Below, one piece after another: positions 7,390 to 17,119 of a stretch of 37,869 nt of DNA (the stretch's first letter is position 1; each line of letters begins with the position of its first letter). The notes beneath the pieces were generated by a model that had not been told where the DNA came from, searched no databases, and saw only the letters and a program-made list of their open reading frames with translations. Origin of the DNA: Candidatus Scatosoma sp. (GTDB lineage Bacteria > Bacillota > Clostridia > Christensenellales > Borkfalkiaceae); the NCBI GenBank assembly GCA_045577595.1, contig JAZNIR010000135.1, positions 1 through 37,869 of the forward strand. Direction: 5' to 3'. A program made the position numbers and the translations under genes.

Positions 7390-9216
7390 ATGAAGAAAAC
7401 GACGAAGAACTGCGTTTCCATCGGCGGGCAAGCCGTGATGGAAGGGGTAATGATGCGGGGCAGAACGTCTATGGCAACCGCCGTGCGCGACCCGCAAGGA
7501 GAAATTCAAATCGAATCCAAGCGCATCAAACCGCCTGAAAAACAAAATAAATTCGCGCGCTTACCGTTCGTTCGTGGCGTGGTGAATTTCGTGCGCTCGC
7601 TGATTGACGGTAACCGCGTGTTGATGCGGAGCGCCGACGTGGCGATAGAAGACGACGAACAACCCACCAAAGCGGAAAAATGGCTGAAAGAAAAACATAA
7701 AATTGATTTGAGCGGTGTGTTTAACGGCGTCGCCGTCTTGTTAGGCGTGGTGCTTGCCGTACTCATTTTTATTGCGTTACCCCAATTTATCACGGGATTT
7801 TTGCCGTTTGATAAAACGAGCAGGGGATTAGACGGACTTTGGTTTAACTTAATCGAAGGGGGTATCCGTTTGGGCGTGTTTATCGCCTATATCCTTTTGA
7901 TTTCCTTTATCCCGTCCTTAAAACGGGTGTTTATGTGCCACGGCGCGGAGCATAAAACGATAAGCTGTTTTGAAAGCGGAAAGGATTTGACGGTGGAAAA
8001 CGTGCGCGAATGTTCGCGGGTACACGACAGATGCGGAACGACCTTTTTGTTTTTGGTGATGCTCGTTAGTATTTTGGTGTTTTCGCTCGCGAATATTATC
8101 GTGGCGGGTTGGGTGTACACCGACAACGAGAAGTTGGACGGACTGATTCGCGTTTGTTTTAAGCTTTTATTATTGCCCGTCGTCGCGGGTGTTTCCTACG
8201 AAATTTTAAGGCTGTTATCCAAAACGAAAAACAAGTTTTTCTTGATTTTTAAAGCGCCCGGACTGATGTTGCAACGATTGACGACGAGAGAGCCCGAAGA
8301 CGGAATGATAGAGTGCGCTATCGTAGCGTTTAACACCGTTTTGGAAATGGACGCGGACGAAAGTATTCCCGAGCGGGTGTTTGCGACGTCGGGGAAGATG
8401 AGCGCGCTACTTAAAAACACCAAACAACGTTTCGACGCGTACGGGATTGACGGCGACGACGCCGAATGGATTTTCGCGCTCACTTTGGGTATGCCAAAGA
8501 GCGCGGTGAAAAGCGAAGAACGCATTTTAAAAGTTGCCGAAGCCAAAGCGATTTTGCGGATTGTAGACGAACGTTTGACGGGAAAACCGCTTTGGTATAT
8601 CGTCGGCGACACCGATTTTTACGGATATAAAATCAAGGTGGACGAACGGGTGCTTATTCCCCGTCCCGAAACGGAAGAGCTCGCTTTGATGGTGGTGCAA
8701 GCGGTGGAAGAAGGGCAAAGCGTTTTAGACCTTTGCACGGGCAGTGGCGCGATTGCGATTGCCGTTTATAAAGAAGCGGAAAAGGCAAAGCGTAAAATTA
8801 AAATGACGGCGGTGGATATCAGCGAAGACGCGCTGGCGCTGGCGAAAGAAAACGCCGAATTAAACGGCGCGGATATTTTGTTTTTGCAATCGGATTTGTT
8901 TAAGCGGTTGCGGGGTAGATTTGACGTTATCGTTTCCAATCCCCCGTATATTCCGTCGGCGGAAATTGATAGGTTGCAACGGGAAGTGCGCGATTACGAA
9001 CCCCGTCTTGCGCTGGACGGCGGGGCGGACGGATTGGATATATACCGTCGGATTGCCGAAGAAGCGGGCAAATATCTCAATCGTGGCGGTATGTTGATTA
9101 TGGAAGTGGGCGAAGGGCAGGCGCAACAAGTCGTGCGTATGTTTAAAGGTAGCGCGTATTCTATGATTATCAAAGATTTTAACGGCGTGGACAGATACGT
9201 AAAAGTAATGATGTAA
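7390..9216 (+). CDS. prmC: fusion protein: DUF1385 membrane domain plus release-factor glutamine N5-methyltransferase PrmC/HemK
   Basis: The N-terminal ~320 aa (GGQAVMEGVMMRG..., several TM segments, HGAEHK motif) is DUF1385-like. The C-terminal ~270 aa has LIPRPETEEL, LDLCTGSGAIAIA and the VSNPPYIP catalytic motif. It is one uninterrupted frame of 608 codons. Confidence 0.85.
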   Translation: MKKTTKNCVSIGGQAVMEGVMMRGRTSMATAVRDPQGEIQIESKRIKPPEKQNKFARLPFVRGVVNFVRSLIDGNRVLMRSADVAIEDDEQPTKAEKWLKEKHKIDLSGVFNGVAVLLGVVLAVLIFIALPQFITGFLPFDKTSRGLDGLWFNLIEGGIRLGVFIAYILLISFIPSLKRVFMCHGAEHKTISCFESGKDLTVENVRECSRVHDRCGTTFLFLVMLVSILVFSLANIIVAGWVYTDNEKLDGLIRVCFKLLLLPVVAGVSYEILRLLSKTKNKFFLIFKAPGLMLQRLTTREPEDGMIECAIVAFNTVLEMDADESIPERVFATSGKMSALLKNTKQRFDAYGIDGDDAEWIFALTLGMPKSAVKSEERILKVAEAKAILRIVDERLTGKPLWYIVGDTDFYGYKIKVDERVLIPRPETEELALMVVQAVEEGQSVLDLCTGSGAIAIAVYKEAEKAKRKIKMTAVDISEDALALAKENAELNGADILFLQSDLFKRLRGRFDVIVSNPPYIPSAEIDRLQREVRDYEPRLALDGGADGLDIYRRIAEEAGKYLNRGGMLIMEVGEGQAQQVVRMFKGSAYSMIIKDFNGVDRYVKVMM

Positions 9217-9235
9217 AAAAGGAGAGTACCCCTTT

Positions 9236-10306
9236 ATGCTGACGAAGTTGGACGGCATTTTAAAACGGTTTGAATTTTTATCCGAAAAGCTTGCGGATAG
9301 CGACACTTTATCGGATATGTCCGTGTGGCAAAAATATTCCAAAGAACAAGCTGAACTTACCGAAACGGTGGAAAAATACAAAGAATATTTAAGCATCGAG
9401 CAAGAAATGCAAGACGCGTTTGCGCTTGCCGAAACGGAAACGGACGCGGAAATGAAAAAAATGCTAATCGACGAAGGGTACGATTGTAAGGAGCGTTTAT
9501 CCGCGTTACTTGGCGAATTGAAAGTGCTACTTTTGCCCAAAGACAAAAACGACGAGCGGAGCTGTATTTTGGAAATCCGCGCGGGCACGGGCGGGGAAGA
9601 AGCGGCGCTGTTTGCGGGCGAGCTTTGCAGAATGTATCAAAATTATTGCGCGGGGCACAGACTTCGCGTGGAAGAAATCGACGTGAACGCCACCGAGCTT
9701 GGCGGGGTGAAAGAAGCGGTGTATTCCGTAACGGGCGCGGGCGCGTATAAACTGTTGAAATACGAAAGCGGGGTGCATCGGGTGCAACGCGTACCCGCCA
9801 CCGAAACGCAAGGGCGGATTCATACGTCGGCGGCGACGGTTGCCGTACTGCCCGAAGCGGAAGAAGTGGAAGTGGAAATTAGCGATAAAGATATCCGTAT
9901 CGACATTTTTCATTCGGGGGGCGCGGGCGGTCAAAACGTCAACAAAGTGGCGTCCGCCGTGCGGATTACCCACTTTCCGACGGGTATCGTCGTAACTTGC
10001 CAAGACGAACGCTCGCAACTTAAAAACAAGGAAAGGGCGTTTAAGGTGTTGCGTTCCCGTTTGTACGATTTTTATAACGGGCAAAACGCGAAAACGCGGG
10101 AAGAAAACCGTCGCAGTATGGTGGGCACGGGCGACCGTAGCGAACGGATTCGCACCTATAATTTCCCGCAAAGTCGGGTAACCGACCACCGTATCGGGCT
10201 TAGCCAATACAATTTGGACGCGTTTATGACGGGGGATATTGATTCGATGGTGGAAGCGCTGGCGATTGCGGATAGAGAAGCGCTCCTTGCTACGCAAGAA
10301 GAATAA
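9236..10306 (+). CDS. prfA: peptide chain release factor 1
   Basis: GGQ motif (SGGAGGQNVNKV), the RF1-type PAT tripeptide (RVPATETQGRIHTS), and 356 aa. Confidence 0.97.
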   Translation: MLTKLDGILKRFEFLSEKLADSDTLSDMSVWQKYSKEQAELTETVEKYKEYLSIEQEMQDAFALAETETDAEMKKMLIDEGYDCKERLSALLGELKVLLLPKDKNDERSCILEIRAGTGGEEAALFAGELCRMYQNYCAGHRLRVEEIDVNATELGGVKEAVYSVTGAGAYKLLKYESGVHRVQRVPATETQGRIHTSAATVAVLPEAEEVEVEISDKDIRIDIFHSGGAGGQNVNKVASAVRITHFPTGIVVTCQDERSQLKNKERAFKVLRSRLYDFYNGQNAKTREENRRSMVGTGDRSERIRTYNFPQSRVTDHRIGLSQYNLDAFMTGDIDSMVEALAIADREALLATQEE

Positions 10307-10329
10307 AAAAGATAAATATGGATAAAAAA

Positions 10330-10361
10330 ATCACGGCGAAAAATTTCGTCCGTGATTTTTT
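10330..10361. terminator. bidirectional terminator between convergent prfA and the small membrane protein gene
   Basis: atcacgg / ccgtgat stem flanked by an A-run upstream and a T-run downstream. Confidence 0.6.
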
Positions 10362-10385
10362 CTTGGGGATATATATTCGTTGTCG

Positions 10386-10670
10386 TTATGCGTGGGTGCG
10401 TTCGACGGCGCGTTCCCGTTTTTTGTTGATAAAGTACAAGGCAAGGTCGACGCTGACGAACGCTAAATTGATAAGATAAAGCGCCAATACGTAGTTGATA
10501 TGCCCGCCGAGAATTTTGCCCGTGATTCCCGCAAGATAGCCGATAATAATCGCAAGGGTGAATATCACGCTTTTGCCTTTCGTCGTTTTACTCGTCGCGC
10601 TCTTATACACGGAAATCGGCCAAGAGATGCCGAAACAAATTAACATAATGCTTTCAAATACCGTAACCAT
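10386..10670 (-). CDS. small 3-TM membrane protein (possibly PQ-loop/SemiSWEET-like)
   Basis: 94 aa from the ATG at 10670, which has an AAAGGAGAA RBS. It has three hydrophobic segments. The family call is only a resemblance. Confidence 0.55.
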   Translation of the reverse strand: MVTVFESIMLICFGISWPISVYKSATSKTTKGKSVIFTLAIIIGYLAGITGKILGGHINYVLALYLINLAFVSVDLALYFINKKRERAVERTHA

Positions 10671-10795
10671 AAATTTTTCTCCTTTGGTTTTTTTTGTTTT
10701 CCCTACCATTATACATTTGACAAAGGATAATGTAAAATATATAATTATTATAAAAACGATAACCGTTCGTTATTGATTAAAAGGAAAAGTCGTAT

Positions 10796-11680
10796 ATGGA
10801 ATTGGCAAAATTACGGTATTTTTACGTGGTAGCAAAACACCAACACGTTACGCGGGCGTCGGAAGAGATACATATCGCGCAACCCGCTTTGACGAAAGCG
10901 ATTAAATCGCTGGAAGACGAATTACAAGTTTCGCTGTTTTATAAAAAGGGGCGAAACGTGTATTTGACGGCGTACGGGAAATATTTACAAGAAAAATTGC
11001 AAGGGATTTTCGCCGAGTTGGACGCTATTCCGCAAGAGCTGAAAACGTTGAAAGGGGAACAAAACCGAACGGTGAAATTAAACGTGCTGTCGGCGTCGAC
11101 GGCGGTTACCGACGCGGTGGTGGCGTATAAAAAGAAATTCCCCGAAACGGTGTTCGAACTCATTCAAAACGAGGCGGAGCAAGATTGTCAAGTGTCCGTT
11201 TCGATGAACGGGGGACTCTCTACGGCGTTACCACCCTTTGAAAAACGGAGCGTTCTTTCCGAAAATATCTATTTGGCGGTGCATAAAAATTCGCCGTACG
11301 CGCAAAGGCAAAGCGTGGCGCTTTCCGAAGTGGCGGGGGAAGGATTCGTCAGTTTAGCCGGCTCGAAGTGGTTTCGGGTGGCGTGCGATAAATATTGCGC
11401 TATGGCAGGATTTAAGCCGAAAACGGCGTTTGAAAGCGATTCGCCCGTCGCGGTGAAAAATATTATCGGCGCGAGCGCGGGCGTAGGGTTTTGGCCGGAA
11501 TTTTCGTGGGGAAAAACGTCGGGGGATTTGGTGTTGTTGCCGATTTCGTCGCCCAAGTGCGCGCGGGAGCTCGTCGTCGGACTGCATAAAACGGCGATTT
11601 CGTCGGCGGTGGCGGAAGATTTTTACGAATATCTCGTCACGTTTTTACAAAAGCGCTTTAAAAAAGGCGGGCGTGTATAA
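10796..11680 (+). CDS. LysR family transcriptional regulator
   Basis: The N-terminal HTH is MELAKLRYFYVVAKHQHVTRASEEIHIAQPALTKAIKSLEDEL. 294 aa. Confidence 0.9.
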   Translation: MELAKLRYFYVVAKHQHVTRASEEIHIAQPALTKAIKSLEDELQVSLFYKKGRNVYLTAYGKYLQEKLQGIFAELDAIPQELKTLKGEQNRTVKLNVLSASTAVTDAVVAYKKKFPETVFELIQNEAEQDCQVSVSMNGGLSTALPPFEKRSVLSENIYLAVHKNSPYAQRQSVALSEVAGEGFVSLAGSKWFRVACDKYCAMAGFKPKTAFESDSPVAVKNIIGASAGVGFWPEFSWGKTSGDLVLLPISSPKCARELVVGLHKTAISSAVAEDFYEYLVTFLQKRFKKGGRV

Positions 11681-11708
11681 ACGGCGGGGGATTGAACGGC
11701 GAAATCCG

Positions 11709-11737
11709 TTGCAAAAAACCGTTGGGTGTGTTATAAT
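11709..11737 (+). promoter_or_regulatory. extended -10 sigma-A promoter of prmA operon
   Basis: TTGCAA (11709-11714), a 17-nt spacer, then TGtTATAAT (11729-11737). Confidence 0.6.
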
Positions 11738-11759
11738 AAAAGAAAAAAGGTGAACGAAT

Positions 11760-12707
11760 ATGAAATATACCGAATTGACCGTGCATACGACGACGCAAGC
11801 AAGCGAAATCGTGGCGGATATTATGTGGAATTACACCGATTACGGCGTTACCATTTGCGATAGAAACGACATAATCGCTTTGCAAAACAGCAAAGAAACC
11901 ACCTATTGGGATTATATGGACGACGAACTTGCTACGCCCAAAGAAAGCGACGTGCTCGTGAAATGCTACGTGGAAGAAAGCGTGGCGAAAGAGATAATCG
12001 CGTCTATTTTATCGGATATAAACAACGCGAAAGAAATGAGCGGTGGCGCGATTGCGTTCGGTACTTTGGAAGATACCAAACGGCAAGTGGACGGGGACGA
12101 TTGGATTGACGTGTGGAAAAAGCATTTCCGCCCGATTCATTTGGGAAAAATCGTCGTCGTGCCCGAATGGATAGATTATACGCCCGCCGACGGGGAATTT
12201 ATCGTGTTGCTTGATTCGAATATGGCGTTTGGCACGGGCGAACACGAAACGACTTCAATGTGCGTGGAATGGTTGCAAAATTATATCACGCCCGAAACCG
12301 TTTGTATCGACGTGGGTTGCGGGAGCGGTATTTTAGGCATTTCCGCGTTAAAGCTCGGTGCGAAAAAAGCGTATCTCACCGATATCGACGAAATCGCGGT
12401 GGAAAGTTCGCTACATAATTGTAAGTTGAACGGCGTGGACGAACGGGCGGTGGTGGCGCATTCCAACCTTTTGGACGACACGGATATTCAAGCGGACGTA
12501 ATGGTGGCGAATATCACGGGCGAAGTGTTGAAGCTGCTTGCGCCGTCGATTCCTAAAAATTTGAAAAACGACGGGGTTTTGATTTTGAGCGGTATTATCG
12601 AAAGCCGTTTGGAAATGGTGAAAAAGGCGTACGCGGAAGTGGGTATGCAAGTGGAAAGCGAAAGAAGAAAGGGCGAATGGTTTTCGTTGGTGTTAAAACG
12701 CGCGTAA
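11760..12707 (+). CDS. prmA: ribosomal protein L11 methyltransferase
   Basis: FGTGEHETT and DVGCGSGILGI motifs, and the conserved prmA-rsmE-mtaB order. Confidence 0.92.
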   Translation: MKYTELTVHTTTQASEIVADIMWNYTDYGVTICDRNDIIALQNSKETTYWDYMDDELATPKESDVLVKCYVEESVAKEIIASILSDINNAKEMSGGAIAFGTLEDTKRQVDGDDWIDVWKKHFRPIHLGKIVVVPEWIDYTPADGEFIVLLDSNMAFGTGEHETTSMCVEWLQNYITPETVCIDVGCGSGILGISALKLGAKKAYLTDIDEIAVESSLHNCKLNGVDERAVVAHSNLLDDTDIQADVMVANITGEVLKLLAPSIPKNLKNDGVLILSGIIESRLEMVKKAYAEVGMQVESERRKGEWFSLVLKRA

Positions 12708-12726
12708 AAGCGGAAAGGGAGAGAGT

Positions 12727-13455
12727 ATGTCTGCGTTGAAAAGATTTTTCGTGGATAAAATAGAAGAATTGACGGAGCTTTGCGGAGAAGAATTCGAGCA
12801 CGCGAAAAACGTGCTCCGTATCGGCGTGGGCGACGAAGTGGTGTTGCTGGATAACAGTGGGAAAGAATACACCGCCGTCGTGTCCGCCGTAGAAAAAAAG
12901 CGTATGCTTTTAAACGTCGTGCGGGAAGAAATCGGGCAAAGGGAAGCAAAAGAAAAGGTTTGTCTTTTGTTCGGGTATTTGAAAAACGCCGATAAAAACG
13001 AATTTCTCGTGCAAAAGGCGGTGGAGCTCGGCGTAAGCGAAATCGGGGTGTTTTCTTCCGAGTTTTCGTCGGCGTATATGAACGCGAACAAGTTGGAGCG
13101 GTTGCAAAAGGTGGCGAAAGAAGCGTGTAAACAATGCTTGCGCGCCGTCGCGCCCAATATCGTGTATTACGAGAGTTTGGAAAAGGCGCTCACGGCGGGG
13201 TTGCCGTACGAAAACAAGTTGTTTGCGTGCGAATTTGCAACGGCGAGCGAGAAAAATTTGACAAGCTTGCAAGGCAGTACGGTGATTGTCGTGGGTAGCG
13301 AAGGGGGATTTTCGCGCGAAGAAGCGGAAAAAGCCAAAACGCTGGGCTACGCGCATATTACGCTTGGGAAACGCATTTTGCGGGCGGAAACGGCGGGCGT
13401 GGCGCTAACTGCCGTCGTGATGTACGCTTTGGGCGAATTGGGGGATAGAGAATGA
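12727..13455 (+). CDS. rsmE: 16S rRNA (uracil1498-N3)-methyltransferase
   Basis: RFFV start motif, the GSEGGFS...LGKRILRAETA C-terminal SPOUT motifs, and synteny. Confidence 0.9.
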   Translation: MSALKRFFVDKIEELTELCGEEFEHAKNVLRIGVGDEVVLLDNSGKEYTAVVSAVEKKRMLLNVVREEIGQREAKEKVCLLFGYLKNADKNEFLVQKAVELGVSEIGVFSSEFSSAYMNANKLERLQKVAKEACKQCLRAVAPNIVYYESLEKALTAGLPYENKLFACEFATASEKNLTSLQGSTVIVVGSEGGFSREEAEKAKTLGYAHITLGKRILRAETAGVALTAVVMYALGELGDRE

Positions 13456-14708
13456 AAGCGAGCGTTATTACGCTGGGTTGTAAAGTAAACGACGTGGAAA
13501 GCGGTTCGATAATACGCGGTTTGGAAGAGCTCGGTTACGAAGTTTCGCGGGAGCTTTGCAAGGCGGATTTATATATCGTAAACACTTGCGCCGTAACGGC
13601 GGAAGCGGAGAGAAAGAGTCGTCAAACGGTGGGAAAAGCGTTGAAAAACAACGAAAACGCGAAGATTATCGTGTGCGGTTGCGCGAGCGAAAAAAGCCCC
13701 GACGATTTTTTGGGAAAGAGCGAAAACGTCCTGTCCGTCGTGGGCGCGCAACGAAAAAACCGCGTGTTGGAAATCGTGCAAAACGGGTTTGCGGACGATT
13801 TTTTAGGGAAACAGCTTTTTCAAGCGAAATCGTACGAAGAAATGCCACTTCCCGAATGTTTAAAAACGCGGAATTTCGTGAAAATTCAAGACGGGTGCAA
13901 CCGTTTTTGTTCCTATTGCGTAATTCCGTATTTGCGGGGGCGTAGCCGTTCGCGGAGCTTGGAAAGCGCGCGGGACGAAATTTTACAAAGTCGCGCGTTT
14001 GAAACGGTGGTTACGGGGATTGATATATCCGATTACAAGGACGAAAAGGGGCGCGACCTTGCCGATTTGATGCGCGCCGTTAAAGACGCGGATACGCGTA
14101 TCCGTTTGGGTTCGATGGAAGTGGGATTGATTACGCCACGATTTTTAGACGCTTTGAAAGGTTTGAAGAATTTTGCGCCACAATTCCATTTGTCCTTGCA
14201 AAGCGGTTCTTCTGCCGTACTTAAAAGTATGAATAGGCATTACACGCGCGAAGAATATTTGCAAAAGTGTAAAATGATTTACGACGCTTTTGAAAACGCG
14301 TCGATTACGACGGATATTATCGTGGGTTTTCCGACGGAAACGGAAGAAGATTTTTTACAGTCGGTAAGCATCGTGGAAGAAGCGGGGTTTGCGCAAATTC
14401 ACGCCTTTCCCTATTCCCCGCGCGAAGGGACGAACGCGTATAAAAAGTATAAAGAATTGCCCTTTGCCGTAAAAAAGGAACGGGTGGAGCGGTTGATAAA
14501 GGCGGGCGAAGAGCAAAAGCGGGCGTATATGCAAAAGTTTATCGGCAAGCGTTTGCGCGTCGTGCCCGAGCGTTTTATCGGCGGTTATACGGAAGGATAT
14601 TTGGATAATTATATCCGCGTGTACGTGGCGGGGGATATTGGGAAAAATCCCGCAACGGTGGAAATTACGAAGTTGTATCAAGACGGCGTATGCGCCGAGA
14701 AAATATAA
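13452..14708 (+). CDS. mtaB: tRNA t6A37 methylthiotransferase (MiaB-like, MtaB)
   Basis: UPF0004 N-terminus (TLGCKVN...NTCAVT...GC), radical SAM CNRFCSYC, and an overlapping ATGA junction with rsmE. Confidence 0.88.
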   Translation: MKASVITLGCKVNDVESGSIIRGLEELGYEVSRELCKADLYIVNTCAVTAEAERKSRQTVGKALKNNENAKIIVCGCASEKSPDDFLGKSENVLSVVGAQRKNRVLEIVQNGFADDFLGKQLFQAKSYEEMPLPECLKTRNFVKIQDGCNRFCSYCVIPYLRGRSRSRSLESARDEILQSRAFETVVTGIDISDYKDEKGRDLADLMRAVKDADTRIRLGSMEVGLITPRFLDALKGLKNFAPQFHLSLQSGSSAVLKSMNRHYTREEYLQKCKMIYDAFENASITTDIIVGFPTETEEDFLQSVSIVEEAGFAQIHAFPYSPREGTNAYKKYKELPFAVKKERVERLIKAGEEQKRAYMQKFIGKRLRVVPERFIGGYTEGYLDNYIRVYVAGDIGKNPATVEITKLYQDGVCAEKI

Positions 14709-14728
14709 AATAACAAGGAGAAAAAAAG

Positions 14729-15064
14729 ATGGAAAACTGTATTTTTTGTAAAATCGTGGCGGGGGAAATTCCGTCGCCCAGACTGTATGAAGACGATAAA
14801 ATGATTGTCATTCGCGACATTGAACCGAAAGCGAAATTGCATTATTTATGTATCCCTAAAACGCATTTTGCGTTGCTTACCGAAATGGACGGGGAAAAGG
14901 CGGAAACGCTGAAATATTGCTTTGAAAAAATAGCGGAAATCAAAGACGAACTTGGATTGCAAGACGGCTACCGTATTATTATCAATCAAGGGGAAAACGG
15001 CGGACAAACGGTGCGTCATTTGCATATCCACTTGCTTGGCGGGGAAGTGTTGGGCGGATTTTAA
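14729..15064 (+). CDS. HIT family (histidine triad) nucleotide-binding protein
   Basis: CIFCKI N-terminus and the HLHIHLLGG histidine triad. Confidence 0.92.
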   Translation: MENCIFCKIVAGEIPSPRLYEDDKMIVIRDIEPKAKLHYLCIPKTHFALLTEMDGEKAETLKYCFEKIAEIKDELGLQDGYRIIINQGENGGQTVRHLHIHLLGGEVLGGF

Positions 15065-15112
15065 AAGCGCGATTTGATAAAAAAGGTATAAAAAATAAAT
15101 AAACAGTCAATA

Positions 15113-15155
15113 CTCCTTTTCACGACGGAAAACCGTTGTGGAAAGGAGCTTTTTT
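15113..15155 (+). terminator. strong hairpin plus T-run after the HIT gene; its 3' arm contains the RBS of the next gene
   Basis: 16-bp stem (15113-15128 / 15133-15148, with two G-U pairs), an AAAA loop, then CTTTTTT. The ATG at 15156 follows directly. Confidence 0.65.
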
Positions 15156-15611
15156 ATGCGCGCGTTTTGGCGGATACAACAGTGGTTTTTATGCGTGGTG
15201 GCAACGCTTACGTTGTGCCTTTTTTGCGCGCTTTCCAAAACGGTGTACGTGGGAAAATTCGTCGACGTGGCGGGGACGAGACGTTTCTATTTAGACGGCG
15301 CGTCGTCGTGGGCGATTATGAAATCTTCGTTGTCGGTGCAAGACGTGCGACGGGTGAAAGGGGAATCGGTGTCGTTTGCCAACGACAAAAACGAACGGGC
15401 GGATACGCTTGCGGAAAAATATATGCAAAAGTACGACGCGTCCCTTATGATTAAGGAAGAATGCGCGGACGTCGATTGTTATTACGCGTACACGGGAAAT
15501 TGGACGGAATACGTGCTCGTGGACGGCAAAGCGGTGAATTTGCATATTGCCGTTTCCAAAGACGGGAAACGGGTTACGCTCGGTTATCCGATTATTTTCG
15601 GCGGGTTTTAA
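15156..15611 (+). CDS. hypothetical membrane-anchored/secreted protein
   Basis: 151 aa with an N-terminal hydrophobic segment (WFLCVVATLTLCLFCAL). A GGAAAGGAG RBS lies 7 nt upstream of the ATG at 15156. Confidence 0.6.
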   Translation: MRAFWRIQQWFLCVVATLTLCLFCALSKTVYVGKFVDVAGTRRFYLDGASSWAIMKSSLSVQDVRRVKGESVSFANDKNERADTLAEKYMQKYDASLMIKEECADVDCYYAYTGNWTEYVLVDGKAVNLHIAVSKDGKRVTLGYPIIFGGF

Positions 15612-15715
15612 GGGGGTATAAGAAGATTTTTTGCATAAAAAGGGAAAGCGTACGTTTAAACGGCGGAAAATTCGGCAAACATATACATACAAAAAGGTAA
15701 GGAGCAAAAAACATT

Positions 15716-16360
15716 ATGAAAGAAAAGAAAGAAAAAAACAAGAAAAAGTGGCTGAACGGCGAACGCAAATTTTATCTGTTGACGGCGATTGGTTGTGCGG
15801 TGGCGCTGTTTGCCATTATCACGGTGGCGGTAGTGGTGTCGAACAACGGCTTTCAAAAGCAACCGAGCGTGAATACGGGCGTGAATAACGAACAGCAAAA
15901 ACCGGACGACGAAAAGGGCGACGACGAGCAAGTGGTGGTTACGCCCGAAGGATTGGTGATGCCGGTGGAAACGGTGTCCGTGCTGAATGAATACGGTTTT
16001 TATCACAACCAAATTACGGGCGCGTATTACCAGCATCAAGGCATTGATTTTTACGCGGAAGCGGGCACGAGCGTGCTTGCCGTAGAAGCGGGCACGGTGG
16101 AAAGCATTTATAAAGACAATTTGCTTACGGGCACGGAAATCGTAGTGGCGCACGACGACGGTTTGAAATCGGTGTACCGTTTCGTGGACGAAATCGACGG
16201 CTTGAAAGTGGGCGATAAAGTGGAAAAGGGCGAAAAGATTGCGACGGTGGCGCAGGCGTGCGGAAACGAATATAAAGACGGTCCGCATTTGCACCTTGAA
16301 CTGCATAAAAACGGCGTGAACGTAGACCCCGCAACCTATTTGACGTTGGAAGAAAAATAA
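15716..16360 (+). CDS. M23 family metallopeptidase with N-terminal membrane anchor
   Basis: HQGIDF and GPHLHLEL motifs, and a TM segment LLTAIGCAVALFAIITVAVVV. Confidence 0.88.
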   Translation: MKEKKEKNKKKWLNGERKFYLLTAIGCAVALFAIITVAVVVSNNGFQKQPSVNTGVNNEQQKPDDEKGDDEQVVVTPEGLVMPVETVSVLNEYGFYHNQITGAYYQHQGIDFYAEAGTSVLAVEAGTVESIYKDNLLTGTEIVVAHDDGLKSVYRFVDEIDGLKVGDKVEKGEKIATVAQACGNEYKDGPHLHLELHKNGVNVDPATYLTLEEK

Positions 16361-16382
16361 ATAACGATTGGTAAAATAGGAG

Positions 16383-16418
16383 CTCTCGGCGCTTACAAAC
16401 GCCGAGAGTGATTTTTTT
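16383..16418 (+). terminator. rho-independent terminator after the M23 peptidase gene
   Basis: ctctcggcg / cgccgagag stem followed by TGATTTTTTT. Confidence 0.8.
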
Positions 16419-16426
16419 GGAAAGTA

Positions 16427-16455
16427 TTGACAAGCAGTTTTTTATATGATAGAAT
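16427..16455 (+). promoter_or_regulatory. extended -10 promoter of the lipoprotein gene
   Basis: TTGACA (16427-16432), a 17-nt spacer, then TGaTAGAAT (16447-16455). Confidence 0.6.
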
Positions 16456-16531
16456 AAAGATGTAAAAAAATTTTTTATATTTCGAACGGACGGGGGATTT
16501 GACAAATATATATAATAAGGAGAAAATAGAA

Positions 16532-17119
16532 ATGATGAAAAAATGGGTGAGTTTGTTTTTAGGTTTCGTATTTATCTTTGCTTTTAGCGCGTGTGATAAA
16601 GAGAATGTAGGAGACGATAGAGAAACGGGTCCGTGGATTGTGTGGAGTAGTTATTATACGGATTTTGAAGAATTTCAGACGTTTTTCTTGGACGAAATGA
16701 CAACAAGGCATCCTATTAAAATCGTAATGATAGATGGTTCAAAGAACGGAAGCCAAGATAACGAATATATATTTGAGGGGGGTGTAATAAATGCAATCAC
16801 CCGAGAAGAGCTTTTTATGGGATATGATTCTTATGAATTTTCTTTTTCTTGTATAAAAAACGATTATAATGAAGAAGTGGGATGGAGTCGAATTAGGATA
16901 TCGGGAACAAGTGAAGTGTTGTCACAGGAAGAAATAATTGATCTAACCAATCTTAATTTTATATGTATACAAGAGGGTACGCATTATAAGGAATATACCG
17001 TGAGTAGCGGAGAATTGTTGTTATGCACCGTTCGTTTTTCCATATCAAATTTGACAGATAGTATTTGTTTTGATTCAGCAATAGATACTATCAAACAATG
17101 TTTAGTAATTATAGAATAA
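16532..17119 (+). CDS. hypothetical lipoprotein
   Basis: The signal peptide plus lipobox is MMKKWVSLFLGFVFIFAFSAC. An AAGGAG RBS lies at 16516-16521. The composition is AT-rich compared with the flanks. Confidence 0.75.
   Translation: MMKKWVSLFLGFVFIFAFSACDKENVGDDRETGPWIVWSSYYTDFEEFQTFFLDEMTTRHPIKIVMIDGSKNGSQDNEYIFEGGVINAITREELFMGYDSYEFSFSCIKNDYNEEVGWSRIRISGTSEVLSQEEIIDLTNLNFICIQEGTHYKEYTVSSGELLLCTVRFSISNLTDSICFDSAIDTIKQCLVIIE

Noticed and set aside
8860-10297. Long antisense ORFs (8860-9588 and 9527-10297 here; likewise 12488-13157, 15656-16306, 18263-18835 and 19885-20901)
   Set aside because: They lie opposite strongly supported genes (prmC, prfA, prmA/rsmE, the M23 peptidase, the aminotransferase and thrC). 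They are Arg/Phe/His-rich with no motifs or RBS. They are shadow ORFs explained by the sense strand rarely using TTA/CTA/TCA codons.
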